A DNA stretch of 42,641 nucleotides from a virus (IMGVR_UViG_3300033067_000065:1-42641), one strand, 5' to 3'; positions 27,596 through 36,670 are shown, counted from the first letter of the stretch. Program-made: numbers and translations. Notes: generated from the letters alone by a model not told the origin.

Positions 27596-28100
27596 CGTAA
27601 TTCTCAATGAGGTAGTCGAGATAGTGTCGGGCCTTTTCCAAGTCCTCGACCTTATTCTTGCCCTTGTGACGCAAGACATATTTGACAATGTTGCCTTCCC
27701 AATAGTTCAACTCCCAGGCACGAATGATGTCCCAGGGTTGGATGGGGTTGAAGTAGTGTGAACCACCTACCTGACGGTGAGTCTTTGAACCATCGGTGAC
27801 ACCAGTGGCCACGGACTTCTGGGCTACCTGCCAGGCTTCCTCTTCTTCCTGAGTGACAGCGAGTGTCTCAGGGAACATCTCGATCTGCTCAGTCATGGAC
27901 TTGCCGAAGAACTGGTTCAGCTCTGCCTGCTTCTGGATGTCTTCCTTGCGGACCCAGTAGATTTCCTTTTCGAGGCACTCGACAACGAACCTACCACACA
28001 GTTCCGAGTCAGTTAGGCCAACGCAGGGCGTACAGCTACGGTTGTTTCCTGGATCAGATACGGAGCAATACTCCACCCCACCAATGTTTACGGTGTCCAT
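27570..28100 (-). CDS. DUF3310 (T7 gp1.7-like) protein with Cys-rich N-terminus
   Basis: QVGGSHY...GNIVKYVLRH..K...EDLEKARHYL motif. Confidence 0.85.
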   Translation of the reverse strand: MDTVNIGGVEYCSVSDPGNNRSCTPCVGLTDSELCGRFVVECLEKEIYWVRKEDIQKQAELNQFFGKSMTEQIEMFPETLAVTQEEEEAWQVAQKSVATGVTDGSKTHRQVGGSHYFNPIQPWDIIRAWELNYWEGNIVKYVLRHKGKNKVEDLEKARHYLDYLIENYDELYPVSN

Positions 28101-28879
28101 AAAATCACTTTCTTATTTATGTGGTCGTAGTCCTCGTTACGGAGGATACGTGCAACACGGGCCTGGGTGAGAGCTTCCTCTTCACCAAAGCCAGCCTTAT
28201 CAAACGCAGCAACAACGTGCTTCCAATAGATCTCTCGGAGCTGCTTAGGGTTAGCCCAAGGGGTACCCTCGTCCATCGCCTTCTGGAGAATCTTCTCGGC
28301 TGTCTTAGGGCCACAGCCTGGGCAACCAGAGTAGCCATCGGTGGTGTCACCCGTGAGGGTCTGCATCATGTGCCACCAGTCAGCCTCATGCTCAGTGATC
28401 TCGAAGAACTGGTCAGCCTTGAAGTTGTAGTGCTTGCCTGGGATCGTCTTGAAGTCCTTGTCGATGGAGCACAGGATCAGCTCACGGATAGGCTCCAGCT
28501 TTGAGGGCTGGGTCATCCAGATACCGAGCACATCATCACCTTCCAAGGATGGCATTGATACGCAGGGGAACTTCTCATGTGCCCACTCACGGAGAAACTT
28601 GAGGATCATAGGCTTACGCACAGCAGCACGGTTGCTCTTGTACGTAGGCAGCACATCCTTGCGCCAGTTCTCAGAGTCAGAGAACATGAGGTAGAAGCTG
28701 TCAGCTTTGGTCTTCTCAAGGATGTTGTTGAGGATGGTCATGAATGCCTTGATGGCATCAGACTCAAAGACATGGAGGGTCCACATCCCATCGCCCCAGT
28801 CATAGGCCTGTTCAGAAACAACAGCGGCCTGGTAGACAAGGATGTCTGCATCAATGAGGGCTACTTTAGTAGGGCGCAT
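28088..28879 (-). CDS. gp6: 5'-3' exonuclease (gp6-like)
   Basis: LIDADIL, YKSNR, LEGDDVLG, SIDKDFKTIPG and GDTTDGYSGCPG motifs. Confidence 0.95.
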   Translation of the reverse strand: MRPTKVALIDADILVYQAAVVSEQAYDWGDGMWTLHVFESDAIKAFMTILNNILEKTKADSFYLMFSDSENWRKDVLPTYKSNRAAVRKPMILKFLREWAHEKFPCVSMPSLEGDDVLGIWMTQPSKLEPIRELILCSIDKDFKTIPGKHYNFKADQFFEITEHEADWWHMMQTLTGDTTDGYSGCPGCGPKTAEKILQKAMDEGTPWANPKQLREIYWKHVVAAFDKAGFGEEEALTQARVARILRNEDYDHINKKVILWTP

Positions 28880-29535
28880 ACTTTCTTCTCTGGTTCAATG
28901 TTCATTAAAAATTCCCAGGACACAGGGAAGAGTTCCCCCATCTGAGTAGCAACCTTCTCGGCAACCACCTGGGTCTCACGCTGGGTATGGGAGTCCAGGC
29001 GGAGCTGACACATACGTGCCCAGGCATACAGTGTCCCAGTCCAGATCCATTCGGTCATGGTGTTCTGAGGGAGGACCATACGGGCCTGCTCAGGGCAGAC
29101 ACCTGTCTTCAGCATCTGGTTGTAGGTGGCCAGGGCAGAGGCCGTGAGAACCTTGGCAGGATCAGTGAGGAAGGCGATCTCTGTGTCAGAGCTGCCCTGC
29201 TTCACGTTGTCTGCTCGTGCTCTCCAGGCCTGAGGGAAATAAAACTCAGGCTGGTTGTCCACATAGCGGCGGCTCACCTCATTCCAGGAGAAACCTACGG
29301 TATGCTTCACGAGCTGACGGGCCACGAAGATCGGAGCCTTGACACGGAACGTTACCGAGCAGTGAGCAAAGGGGGACCAGTGGTTGTGTCGGGCGAGGTA
29401 CTTAATCAGACCACGGTCAGTGGCGTGGTCAAACTCTTCGTGCTCCTTGTCGAAGCTAACACGAGCAGCGTTCACTACGGTGAGGTCGCTACCCATGTGG
29501 TCCATGTACTCTACATCAATGTCGGTAATGTTCAT
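28861..29535 (-). CDS. thyX: Flavin-dependent thymidylate synthase
   Basis: VVNAARVSF, HWSPF, ARQLVKH...NEVSRRY and PEQARMVLP motifs. Confidence 0.95.
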   Translation of the reverse strand: MNITDIDVEYMDHMGSDLTVVNAARVSFDKEHEEFDHATDRGLIKYLARHNHWSPFAHCSVTFRVKAPIFVARQLVKHTVGFSWNEVSRRYVDNQPEFYFPQAWRARADNVKQGSSDTEIAFLTDPAKVLTASALATYNQMLKTGVCPEQARMVLPQNTMTEWIWTGTLYAWARMCQLRLDSHTQRETQVVAEKVATQMGELFPVSWEFLMNIEPEKKVCALLK

Positions 29536-29883
29536 TTATAGTACCAAATGTTTGGGGTTCTGAATTGCTTGAAAATACTTGAGGAGGTCTGGGTTATCCA
29601 TGATGACACTCAGCATACCTGAGGCCATACGGCGAACCACTTCTTCCTCTGCAGCTCCACCTGAGGAGATGCTCATGCAGTACCAGACGGCATGGAAGAT
29701 CTCGTGGAGGAGCGTGTCTGCCTCTTCAACTGGGTGCTGACCGTCTTTGACAACGATGACGCACTGGCTGTTGTTACACAGACCTAGGTTCTCGGTGCCC
29801 AACAGGGAGTCGTCTTCATAGATAACTACGTAGTTACGGCCCATGATTCGGACTGCATCGGGTCGCAGCTTTTCATGTTTCAT
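29536..29883 (-). CDS. HEXXH metallopeptidase-like protein
   Basis: DTLLHEIFHA followed by EEEVV. Confidence 0.7.
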   Translation of the reverse strand: MKHEKLRPDAVRIMGRNYVVIYEDDSLLGTENLGLCNNSQCVIVVKDGQHPVEEADTLLHEIFHAVWYCMSISSGGAAEEEVVRRMASGMLSVIMDNPDLLKYFQAIQNPKHLVL

Positions 29884-30092
29884 AGAAGTCCTTCTTCACG
29901 GAGGAGGCCCAGACCCTCTTCCGTTATTCGCCAAATGCGCCCGTATTGGTGGGGGGCTTCTTTAGTTGTGATCAACCCAAGGCTTGCCAGAGCTGCAATC
30001 TCCTGGTCGAACTCACGAGCGATGTTCGATTGGAGAGAGATGCCCAGAAGGTAAGCCTTGTAGAGGATCGAGTTGAATGTGTTGCGATTCAT
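29880..30092 (-). CDS. T7 gp5.7-like protein (host RNAP modulator)
   Basis: LQSNIARE...IAALASLGLIT...WRITEEG aligns by eye with T7 gp5.7 (FQSNYVRN...VAEAASRGHIS...WEITASG); same position after the DNA polymerase. Confidence 0.7.
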   Translation of the reverse strand: MNRNTFNSILYKAYLLGISLQSNIAREFDQEIAALASLGLITTKEAPHQYGRIWRITEEGLGLLREEGLL

Positions 30093-30095
30093 AGA

Positions 30096-31880
30096 TCAAT
30101 GGGTGTCAGCCCATGTGGTGCCCATCTTGGACTCACCATCGAGACGACAGCGGAATCCAAAGTGATCACCTGCAGCAGTCACCATCTCTGGTGCTACCTT
30201 GGCAATGTAGTCGGCAACCTCTTGAGTACGGCAGGCAATCTGGCATTCATCATGAGACCATGCACAGAAGGCGTAGTCACCATCCCAGCCATGCTTGAAC
30301 TTGGACGAGAGGTGTTCCTCTAGGAGGACCAGCCACTGCTTACAGACTACAGCACCAGCACCCTGCAGTAGGGTGTTCAGTGCGGCGTGTGAGCTTCGCA
30401 CATGAATTCGCCGTCCGTCCAACCCGAGGAGATAGCCGCGCTTAGAAGCTGATTGGACAGCTTCAACAAGTCGTCCGAGGGCTGGCAGCGAACGTAGAAA
30501 CTTTGACTTGAGTTGCTTGCCGTGACTCGCAGTTCCACCAACAATCGAGCCGATCTTGGCGTCTCCTGCTCCGTAGAGAAAGGCATAAATAAAAGTCTTG
30601 GCTTGATTTCGTGTTTCAAGCCCAGCAGCTTTTTGATTCTCTGTGTGAATGTCTCCACCCAGGACAATGTCACCATACTTTCCTCCATCCCATTTCGCCA
30701 TGTAGTGAGCTAGGCATCGCAGCTCTAAGCCAGAAGCATCTGCGCCCACCAGTTTCCAACCGCTAGGCACAGTAAAAAGACTACGGCAGTCACTGCCATA
30801 AGGAGAACCAGAAGCAGGCACTTGAGAGATATTCGGGTAAGCATGAGTAGCCCGTCCAGTAACCGCTCCATTTGGATTAACACTTCCATGAATCTTTCCA
30901 TTCTTTTCACATTTCATCCAGGCTTGGTTCCCCTCATTGAGCTGGGAGATCCGCTTCTGGATCAACAGGTACTCTGTCAATTGTTTGCAGGGTGGGTAGC
31001 TGAGTTTCCCCAGCACCACTTCATCCACCATAGGCTTGCCGCCTTCGGTGAAGTCCTTGGGTTTCCACCCATAGAGATTGATCAGTCGGTCTGCGATGTG
31101 ATCACGGGATGATGGGTTGAACTCCACCACCTTACTCTTCCTGACTGGCACACCCTTCACATAACCACGGGTCTTGTTGTTGACCTTAGGTATGAAGTCG
31201 GGGAGCTGTACCTCCCATGACCCAAAGTAGTCACGGAGTTCCCTCTCCAGCTCCCCACGGCGTTGGACCAAACGAGCCAGTAGTTCAGCAGCCTTGGCCA
31301 TATCGAAGCAGAAGCCATTACGCTCCTGCTTGGCCATGAGCCATGCTATCTGATGCTCTAGGTCCAGAGCTTGCTGGGCATAGTTCTCTGCCTGGATCTT
31401 GTCGAACAGGGTGGCAGTGACCTCTACGTCTTGGACGCAGTAGTCGAGCATCTCCTGAGAGAACGTCTCCCAGCCACCCGAGTAGTCACCCTTGTAGTTG
31501 CCTAGGCGATAGCCCCATGCGGCCAGTGAGTGTGACCCGAAGAGTTTCCCTGGGAGTTTCTCCTGCTTGAGGAGGACGTTGTCCGTCTCTTTGACGTTTG
31601 CCCAGATCAGTCGCGTGGCAACCAATGTGTCGAAGACCTTGGCGGTATCTACCTTGAACCAAGGGTAGAGTTTCTGGATGACAGGGATGTCGTACTTGAT
31701 GATGTTGTGACCAGCGATCAGGTCCGCGCCCATCAGATCTCTAAGTCCGCTCTGAATATTACAGAACTCTTCAGAGCACTCTTGGACCTCACCAGTTTCA
31801 GTGTTCTTGATAACCAAACAATGTATCTTGCTTACTTCATCCAGCAATCCATCTGTTTCCAAATCGAATATAAGTGCCAC
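30096..31880 (-). CDS. gp5: Family A DNA polymerase with 3'-5' exonuclease (gp5-like)
   Basis: Exo I FDLETDG, motif A DASGLELR, motif B RNQAKTFIYAFLYG, motif C HDE. The thioredoxin-binding insert is much shorter than in T7. Confidence 0.97.
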   Translation of the reverse strand: MALIFDLETDGLLDEVSKIHCLVIKNTETGEVQECSEEFCNIQSGLRDLMGADLIAGHNIIKYDIPVIQKLYPWFKVDTAKVFDTLVATRLIWANVKETDNVLLKQEKLPGKLFGSHSLAAWGYRLGNYKGDYSGGWETFSQEMLDYCVQDVEVTATLFDKIQAENYAQQALDLEHQIAWLMAKQERNGFCFDMAKAAELLARLVQRRGELERELRDYFGSWEVQLPDFIPKVNNKTRGYVKGVPVRKSKVVEFNPSSRDHIADRLINLYGWKPKDFTEGGKPMVDEVVLGKLSYPPCKQLTEYLLIQKRISQLNEGNQAWMKCEKNGKIHGSVNPNGAVTGRATHAYPNISQVPASGSPYGSDCRSLFTVPSGWKLVGADASGLELRCLAHYMAKWDGGKYGDIVLGGDIHTENQKAAGLETRNQAKTFIYAFLYGAGDAKIGSIVGGTASHGKQLKSKFLRSLPALGRLVEAVQSASKRGYLLGLDGRRIHVRSSHAALNTLLQGAGAVVCKQWLVLLEEHLSSKFKHGWDGDYAFCAWSHDECQIACRTQEVADYIAKVAPEMVTAAGDHFGFRCRLDGESKMGTTWADTH

Positions 31881-31905
31881 GCTCTCCCCTTCGAGTAGCT
31901 GTTAA

Positions 31906-32001
31906 TAGGTGGACAATGCCGGAATCAAACCGACTCCCCTCCGTGGGCTAAGTTCTAAGCAATGCTTTCGCACCCCATGGAGGAGACCTTCGAGGATGCC
32001 C
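31906..32001 (-). ncRNA. Candidate small RNA resembling tRNA / the tmRNA tRNA-like domain
   Basis: GGGCA/TGTCC acceptor pairing with G3-U, then A discriminator and CC. T-arm GTCGG-TTTGATT-CCGGC. A 12/13-bp helix replaces the anticodon arm, with an internal GAAA-capped hairpin. Intergenic. Confidence 0.5.
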
Positions 32002-32008
32002 TATATGT

Positions 32009-32209
32009 TCACTTCTTCAGGACGTACCGAGCGTAACGCTGGCCAGTCACTGGGTGCTTCTTGTGCTGGGTCTCAATGTTGTAACCCTGGGCCTTGAGCT
32101 CGCTGATACGTTTAGTCAAAGACTGGATGGAATAATCCACCAATGCTTCACGCTGCGAAATGCTCTTGGCCTTCTTGAAATGTGCGAGGAGAATCTGATT
32201 CTGTGTCAT
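32009..32209 (-). CDS. Small winged-helix DNA-binding protein (66 aa)
   Basis: ISQREA...LTKRISELKAQGYNI...ARYVL; start moved to MTQNQ. Confidence 0.8.
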   Translation of the reverse strand: MTQNQILLAHFKKAKSISQREALVDYSIQSLTKRISELKAQGYNIETQHKKHPVTGQRYARYVLKK

Positions 32210-32219
32210 TGAATTTCTT

Positions 32220-32525
32220 TCAGTTGAAATGGTTGGGAACAACGTAGAGGGGGTAGCCAAACAAGGTGTTGTGGGACGCAAAGGTGCGCTTAGGTCCGCA
32301 AGGATCAGTTCGATCTGTCAGAGTGACAGTCTTAAAACTGACCTCAGCGAAAGGATTTCGGTAATCCATGGCCACAGGTGAGAGGTTTGGCCGAGCCTGA
32401 TAACGGATTTCATCGAACTCTTCGGGAGTCACCAGGATGTAATCGACCTTGCGGTGGCCCATCTCTGCATCGCGAATGCGCTTGTAGATCTCATCAATTA
32501 TGCTTGGCTTGAGAACAACTTTCAT
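32220..32525 (-). CDS. Hypothetical protein (101 aa)
   Basis: ORF with AAGGA RBS before MKVVLK. Confidence 0.75.
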   Translation of the reverse strand: MKVVLKPSIIDEIYKRIRDAEMGHRKVDYILVTPEEFDEIRYQARPNLSPVAMDYRNPFAEVSFKTVTLTDRTDPCGPKRTFASHNTLFGYPLYVVPNHFN

Positions 32526-32606
32526 TAAAATTCCTTTAGCTACCAATGATGTATTGCGTTGATGATTAGGACGATGTCAGCAACAATGGCCAACAAGAGA
32601 ATGAGA

Positions 32607-34229
32607 TCAGAACTCTGGCCCAGTCTCGTCTTTAAAGTCCCCTGTTGTTTCGGACAGTCGTCCTGTTTCTCTGTCATAAAGTAAGCACCCCGCCTCCCCT
32701 GTCTCACCACTAAAGCGGTTCTTCAGGACACGCAGAGTTGTCACGTTGGGGTTGTCACCCTGTTGGTTGCGCTCCAAGCCAATGACCATGTCACTGAGCT
32801 GGGCAATTGAGTGTGAGCCACGGAGTTGGGACAGTGATGTCTTGGCTCCCTCCTCATGCCCCTTGCCATCCGAAGGACGCTTGAGGTGTGACACGAGGAA
32901 CATCCCTACCCCTGTCTCTTCGACCAGGGTACGGAGTAGTGTCATGGCGTTGTCGATTAGGCGGCGTTCGTCACCGTCCCCCAGACCAGACACAACGATA
33001 GAGAGATGATCCAGAATGATCCAGCCGCAGCCGCAACCTCTAGCCAGAAAACGGACCCTTGAAACAAGATTGTCAATATCGCTGGAACCAAAGTGATTAT
33101 AAAGAAACACGCGACCAGATCCAACAGTCGATCTAAACGCTTGCTGAAGATTACTGTCATCCACACCCTCTCTGCTCAAATGGAGCGGTTTGTTTAGTTC
33201 AATACCCATGAGACCCAGAGCAGTACGCTTAGGGTTCTCTTCTAGCATGATCATGCCAACGGTTTCACCCGCCTTGATGAGATGATGTGCGATCTCACGA
33301 ACAATTGCCGACTTACCAATGCCACTGCCAGCAGTAAGGGTAACGAGTTCACCCTTTCTTGCACCCTTCGTGATGTTGGTAAGGTCAGCCCACGGATACG
33401 TGATGGCTTCCACGACTTCGTTCGAGGAGACTTCTTCCCAGAGATCCTCACCCGAAAGAATACCATCGGGTCGATACGCCTTCGCGTTCCAGATCGACTG
33501 GATAATTGCCTCAGGATTGCCCTTCTGTAGACATTCATTTGGGTCCTTCAGTGGGAGGCTGGCGATCTTCGCCTTGCCAGGTTCAAAGAGTTCCACACAT
33601 TCAGCCGCAGCCTTCTTGCCAGGCTCGTCCTGGTCGAACATGAAGATGACTTCCTCAAACTGGTTGAGGTACTCCAGGTTCTTTTGGATGGCCTTCTTGG
33701 CACCGCTAGCCCCTGTTGGAATTGAGACCACAGGCCACTTGTTACCCTGCACCTGGCTCACAGTCAGGCAGTCGATCTCACCTTCAGTGACAACGATCTT
33801 CTTACCTGAGTTCCACAGTTGTGCCCCAAAGAGCTGGGCATTGTTGATACTACCCAGCACAAAGAAATCCTTGTTAGGGGTACGGATCTTTTGGGCAGTA
33901 AGGGTTCCACTCGCATCGTAGTACGGGGCAATCTGGACAGTATAGTTTCTTCCCCCGCGATCCTGGTACTCTCCAACCTGGTAGCCAAATTTCCTGCAGG
34001 TGTCCTCTCGGATTCCTCGTTTGATCAGGTCTTGGTACGAGCCAGAGATTAGACCTGAGGCTTTCTTTCCGTTCTGCGTAGGAACTTCGGTACATGAACC
34101 GTCACCTTTGACATGAGTGTTACAGGCGAAACAGAATTGGTGGTTGTCTGAATACAAACTATTGGCGTCCGAAGAACCGCAGTTCTCACAAGGTATATGT
34201 CGCAGGAATGTGCTTTCTTCTTTTTCCAT
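32607..34229 (-). CDS. gp4: Primase/helicase (gp4-like)
   Basis: Zn ribbon CENC..CFAC, TOPRIM TEGEID...FDQD, DnaB-type AGSGIGKS, ILDHL and LRGS motifs. Confidence 0.97.
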   Translation of the reverse strand: MEKEESTFLRHIPCENCGSSDANSLYSDNHQFCFACNTHVKGDGSCTEVPTQNGKKASGLISGSYQDLIKRGIREDTCRKFGYQVGEYQDRGGRNYTVQIAPYYDASGTLTAQKIRTPNKDFFVLGSINNAQLFGAQLWNSGKKIVVTEGEIDCLTVSQVQGNKWPVVSIPTGASGAKKAIQKNLEYLNQFEEVIFMFDQDEPGKKAAAECVELFEPGKAKIASLPLKDPNECLQKGNPEAIIQSIWNAKAYRPDGILSGEDLWEEVSSNEVVEAITYPWADLTNITKGARKGELVTLTAGSGIGKSAIVREIAHHLIKAGETVGMIMLEENPKRTALGLMGIELNKPLHLSREGVDDSNLQQAFRSTVGSGRVFLYNHFGSSDIDNLVSRVRFLARGCGCGWIILDHLSIVVSGLGDGDERRLIDNAMTLLRTLVEETGVGMFLVSHLKRPSDGKGHEEGAKTSLSQLRGSHSIAQLSDMVIGLERNQQGDNPNVTTLRVLKNRFSGETGEAGCLLYDRETGRLSETTGDFKDETGPEF

Positions 34230-34246
34230 AAGTCTTTCTGTTAGTT

Positions 34247-34267
34247 ATCCATGTGTGGAACCATCAA
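34247..34267 (-). promoter_or_regulatory. Putative phage RNAP promoter upstream of primase/helicase
   Basis: TTGATGGTTCCACACATGGAT on minus; close match to 36907-36927. Confidence 0.6.
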
Positions 34268-35073
34268 ACAAAACACTCGCAAGGTTTGATGTCCATCTCG
34301 GTTTTGATCTGAATGGACAAGGTCTTTCGGACACGAGCAAAGAATGTTCGTGGGTCCTCATGCTCAGTTGTCTCGATCCCTGCGTCCTTCATTCGCTGGA
34401 ACAGCGGTTCAAGTGACTTCATTTCGCCTTCCTGGAGGATGGAGTAGCCAATCTCCTCCTCAGCATCCTTGGCTTTCTGCCAAAGGTCTGGGCGGTAGAG
34501 GTAGACCAAGTACCAGTGCTGCTTGCCTGCCTTCAGACAGCCTGTGCAGTTCGCGTGTTTGAACTTGCCATAGGTATTGGGCGGCAGGATGCCGATCTCC
34601 TTGGTGCTGAAGATCGTACGGTCTTCCCAGAGAGCCAGAGGGTAGTCAGAGACATAGCCCTGCACACCTAGGATCTGCTTACGGCGAGCGACACGAGCCA
34701 TCTCGTTGTCATCGAACCCGTAGTAGATCACGCAGTCCTTCTGTGGGATGTTCTCTTTAAGCCAACGCTCGAATGGTGCAGTCTTCAGACGGTGCGTACA
34801 AAGGGCTGTGCCGTTACCAACCTTGAATGCTCCAGCATCAACGACAACATCGAACTGGTCCTTAGTCTCCCACTCAGGGTGGTTGGCGTATGTGATTGGT
34901 ACGCCCAGGTAGTCAGCAACTTCTTTCTTGAAACGCTTGATGTCCTGCTCTTCCACACGAGGGTTTATATCGTGGTTCAAGAGGATAAGATTTTCACTAC
35001 CGAACTTTCGTGCTACCTCAATAGCAACGAGGGCGGAGCTGTGCCCACCCGAGTAACAGACAATATGTTTCAT
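34264..35073 (-). CDS. PAPS-reductase-like PP-loop (adenine nucleotide alpha hydrolase) protein
   Basis: YSGGHSS PP-loop, CTHRLK, YGFD..E..R, YPL, HANCTGC and C-terminal CEC motifs. Confidence 0.8.
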   Translation of the reverse strand: MKHIVCYSGGHSSALVAIEVARKFGSENLILLNHDINPRVEEQDIKRFKKEVADYLGVPITYANHPEWETKDQFDVVVDAGAFKVGNGTALCTHRLKTAPFERWLKENIPQKDCVIYYGFDDNEMARVARRKQILGVQGYVSDYPLALWEDRTIFSTKEIGILPPNTYGKFKHANCTGCLKAGKQHWYLVYLYRPDLWQKAKDAEEEIGYSILQEGEMKSLEPLFQRMKDAGIETTEHEDPRTFFARVRKTLSIQIKTEMDIKPCECFV

Positions 35074-35080
35074 GTAATCC

Positions 35081-35533
35081 TTAGAGACCGACAGACTTGA
35101 GCCATGTCTTCACATCAAAGGAAGGGCAGGCCTTAGCAACCTTAGGAAAATCTCGGTGGCCCTGGATCTTGGCCTTGGGGTAACGAGTCTTCAGGTCTAC
35201 CAAAAGCTGCTTCAAGGATGCGTACTGTTCCTTGGTGAAGTTGTCTTCAGCCTTGTTGATGTCGTCAGCGTTGACTCCACCCACCATGCAGATGCCTATA
35301 GAGTTGGAGTTCCAGTTCTCTACGTGAGCACCAATGACCTTCTCGTCACGACCCTCTTCGACTGTACCGTTACGGCGGATCACATAGTGGTAGCCGATGC
35401 AGCGCCAGCCCTTAGCACGGTGCCAGCGATCAATATCCTTGGCACCAATGTCTGTCTTAGAGCCAGTGGCGGAGCAGTGAATCGCAATATAGTCCGTACT
35501 GGTACGTTCTTTTGTATTGGATGCGTATGCCAT
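35081..35533 (-). CDS. gp3.5: N-acetylmuramoyl-L-alanine amidase endolysin (gp3.5-like)
   Basis: IHCSAT, IGYHYVI, GAHV, GHRD and KACPSFDV Zn-amidase motifs. Confidence 0.95.
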   Translation of the reverse strand: MAYASNTKERTSTDYIAIHCSATGSKTDIGAKDIDRWHRAKGWRCIGYHYVIRRNGTVEEGRDEKVIGAHVENWNSNSIGICMVGGVNADDINKAEDNFTKEQYASLKQLLVDLKTRYPKAKIQGHRDFPKVAKACPSFDVKTWLKSVGL

Positions 35534-35979
35534 TATAGTTTCTCCTTGAGCCACGCATCTGGAATCGTCTTGTCAGCGTACATGAAGCCATGTTTCAAGC
35601 ACCAATCTGCATAGGTAGTCTTGCTACGTTTGCTGATCTTGGTCTTGCTGTTACTGAAGACGAACCTGATGTCATACTCAGGGTGTTGTTTTTGAACGAG
35701 CAAATGTTTCTGACGATCCTCTGTGAGGAATCGGCCCTTGCTCTCGATAATTATTCCGTTCTCTAAGACAAAGTCTGGGGTGTACTTAGCGGGTTTCTCT
35801 GGCTTCACATAAGGGATAACCAGTTCCTCAAAAGAAAACCCCACACCTTTCGATGTGAGGTTGTCTGCTATTGACTCTTCCAGACCAGAGCGGAACCCAT
35901 ACTTGAGTCCCACCTGGTTTGTCGTTAGCGAACGTTTAGAAGTCCTTGTTGTCTTCTTCGTTTTCGCTGTTGAAGCCAT
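35533..35979 (-). CDS. gp3: Endonuclease I / Holliday junction resolvase (gp3-like)
   Basis: FRSGLEE, YTPDF, IESKGRF and DIRFVF motifs; start chosen at MASTAK. Confidence 0.95.
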   Translation of the reverse strand: MASTAKTKKTTRTSKRSLTTNQVGLKYGFRSGLEESIADNLTSKGVGFSFEELVIPYVKPEKPAKYTPDFVLENGIIIESKGRFLTEDRQKHLLVQKQHPEYDIRFVFSNSKTKISKRSKTTYADWCLKHGFMYADKTIPDAWLKEKL

Positions 35980-36556
35980 TGCTTTCGGCAGAGTTGTCCT
36001 CTGCTTCGTATCCTTCTTCTTCGCCGAAGCCATAGCCCTCGGCACTTGCACCGCCAGCGAATTCCACCAGGTCAATAACCTGGACAGCCTTCATGCGGAG
36101 AGAGATGCTGGCACCCACCAGAGCGGTGTAGAAAGGTACCACCTCGTAGGCCACCTTGACCTTGGAGCCACCGCCAATGTTGACATCAGTGATGGGCTTA
36201 CCCTTGGCATCAAAGATAGCGGGGCGCTGCTCGAAGGTTTCACCTGACTTGGTGGTCACCTTGGCCTTCAGCTTGAAGTTGAACGATGCCTTGCCTGTCT
36301 CCTCATTCACGGAGTATGGGGCATCACCCACTTTGATCTTCTTGCCAGCGTTCTTGGGGTCCTTCTTTGCAGCAGCAACGGACAGTTCGACCTGTTCATC
36401 CAAAAAGGAGATGAGTTCACCAGCGTCTGCTGCATCAAGCTCTAGCTTGACCTTGTACTCACCTTCAGGATTGAACTTCGTGTCGGGCTTGGTCAAGTAG
36501 GGGTACTGTGCCGTGCCCTTGGGGGTCGTGAAGCGGGGTTTCTTTTCTTTACTCAT
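35936..36556 (-). CDS. gp2.5: Single-stranded DNA-binding protein (gp2.5-like)
   Basis: TPKG..YPYLTKPD, IGGGSKVK and LRMKAVQVIDLVE motifs; acidic tail ending in Phe. Confidence 0.95.
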   Translation of the reverse strand: MSKEKKPRFTTPKGTAQYPYLTKPDTKFNPEGEYKVKLELDAADAGELISFLDEQVELSVAAAKKDPKNAGKKIKVGDAPYSVNEETGKASFNFKLKAKVTTKSGETFEQRPAIFDAKGKPITDVNIGGGSKVKVAYEVVPFYTALVGASISLRMKAVQVIDLVEFAGGASAEGYGFGEEEGYEAEDNSAESNGFNSENEEDNKDF

Positions 36557-36559
36557 AAT

Positions 36560-36670
36560 TCACTTGTAGTAATCGGCGTAAGCCTCTTTCATTTCAGCAA
36601 TCACTGCGTTGCGTTCGGCAATGGAGTGGGCGGTACGGAAAGTTCCGTCTGGGAAAACAATGCGATACAT
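36560..36670 (-). CDS. Hypothetical protein (36 aa)
   Basis: MYRIVFPDGTFRTAHSIAERNAVIAEMKEAYADYYK*; AAGGA RBS; TGATG coupling. Confidence 0.6.
   Translation of the reverse strand: MYRIVFPDGTFRTAHSIAERNAVIAEMKEAYADYYK

Noticed and set aside
32538-32606. Short hydrophobic reading frame after primase/helicase (LILLLAIVADIVLIINAIHHW)
   Set aside because: No clear start codon or RBS found by eye, so it was not called, although a tiny membrane peptide cannot be excluded.
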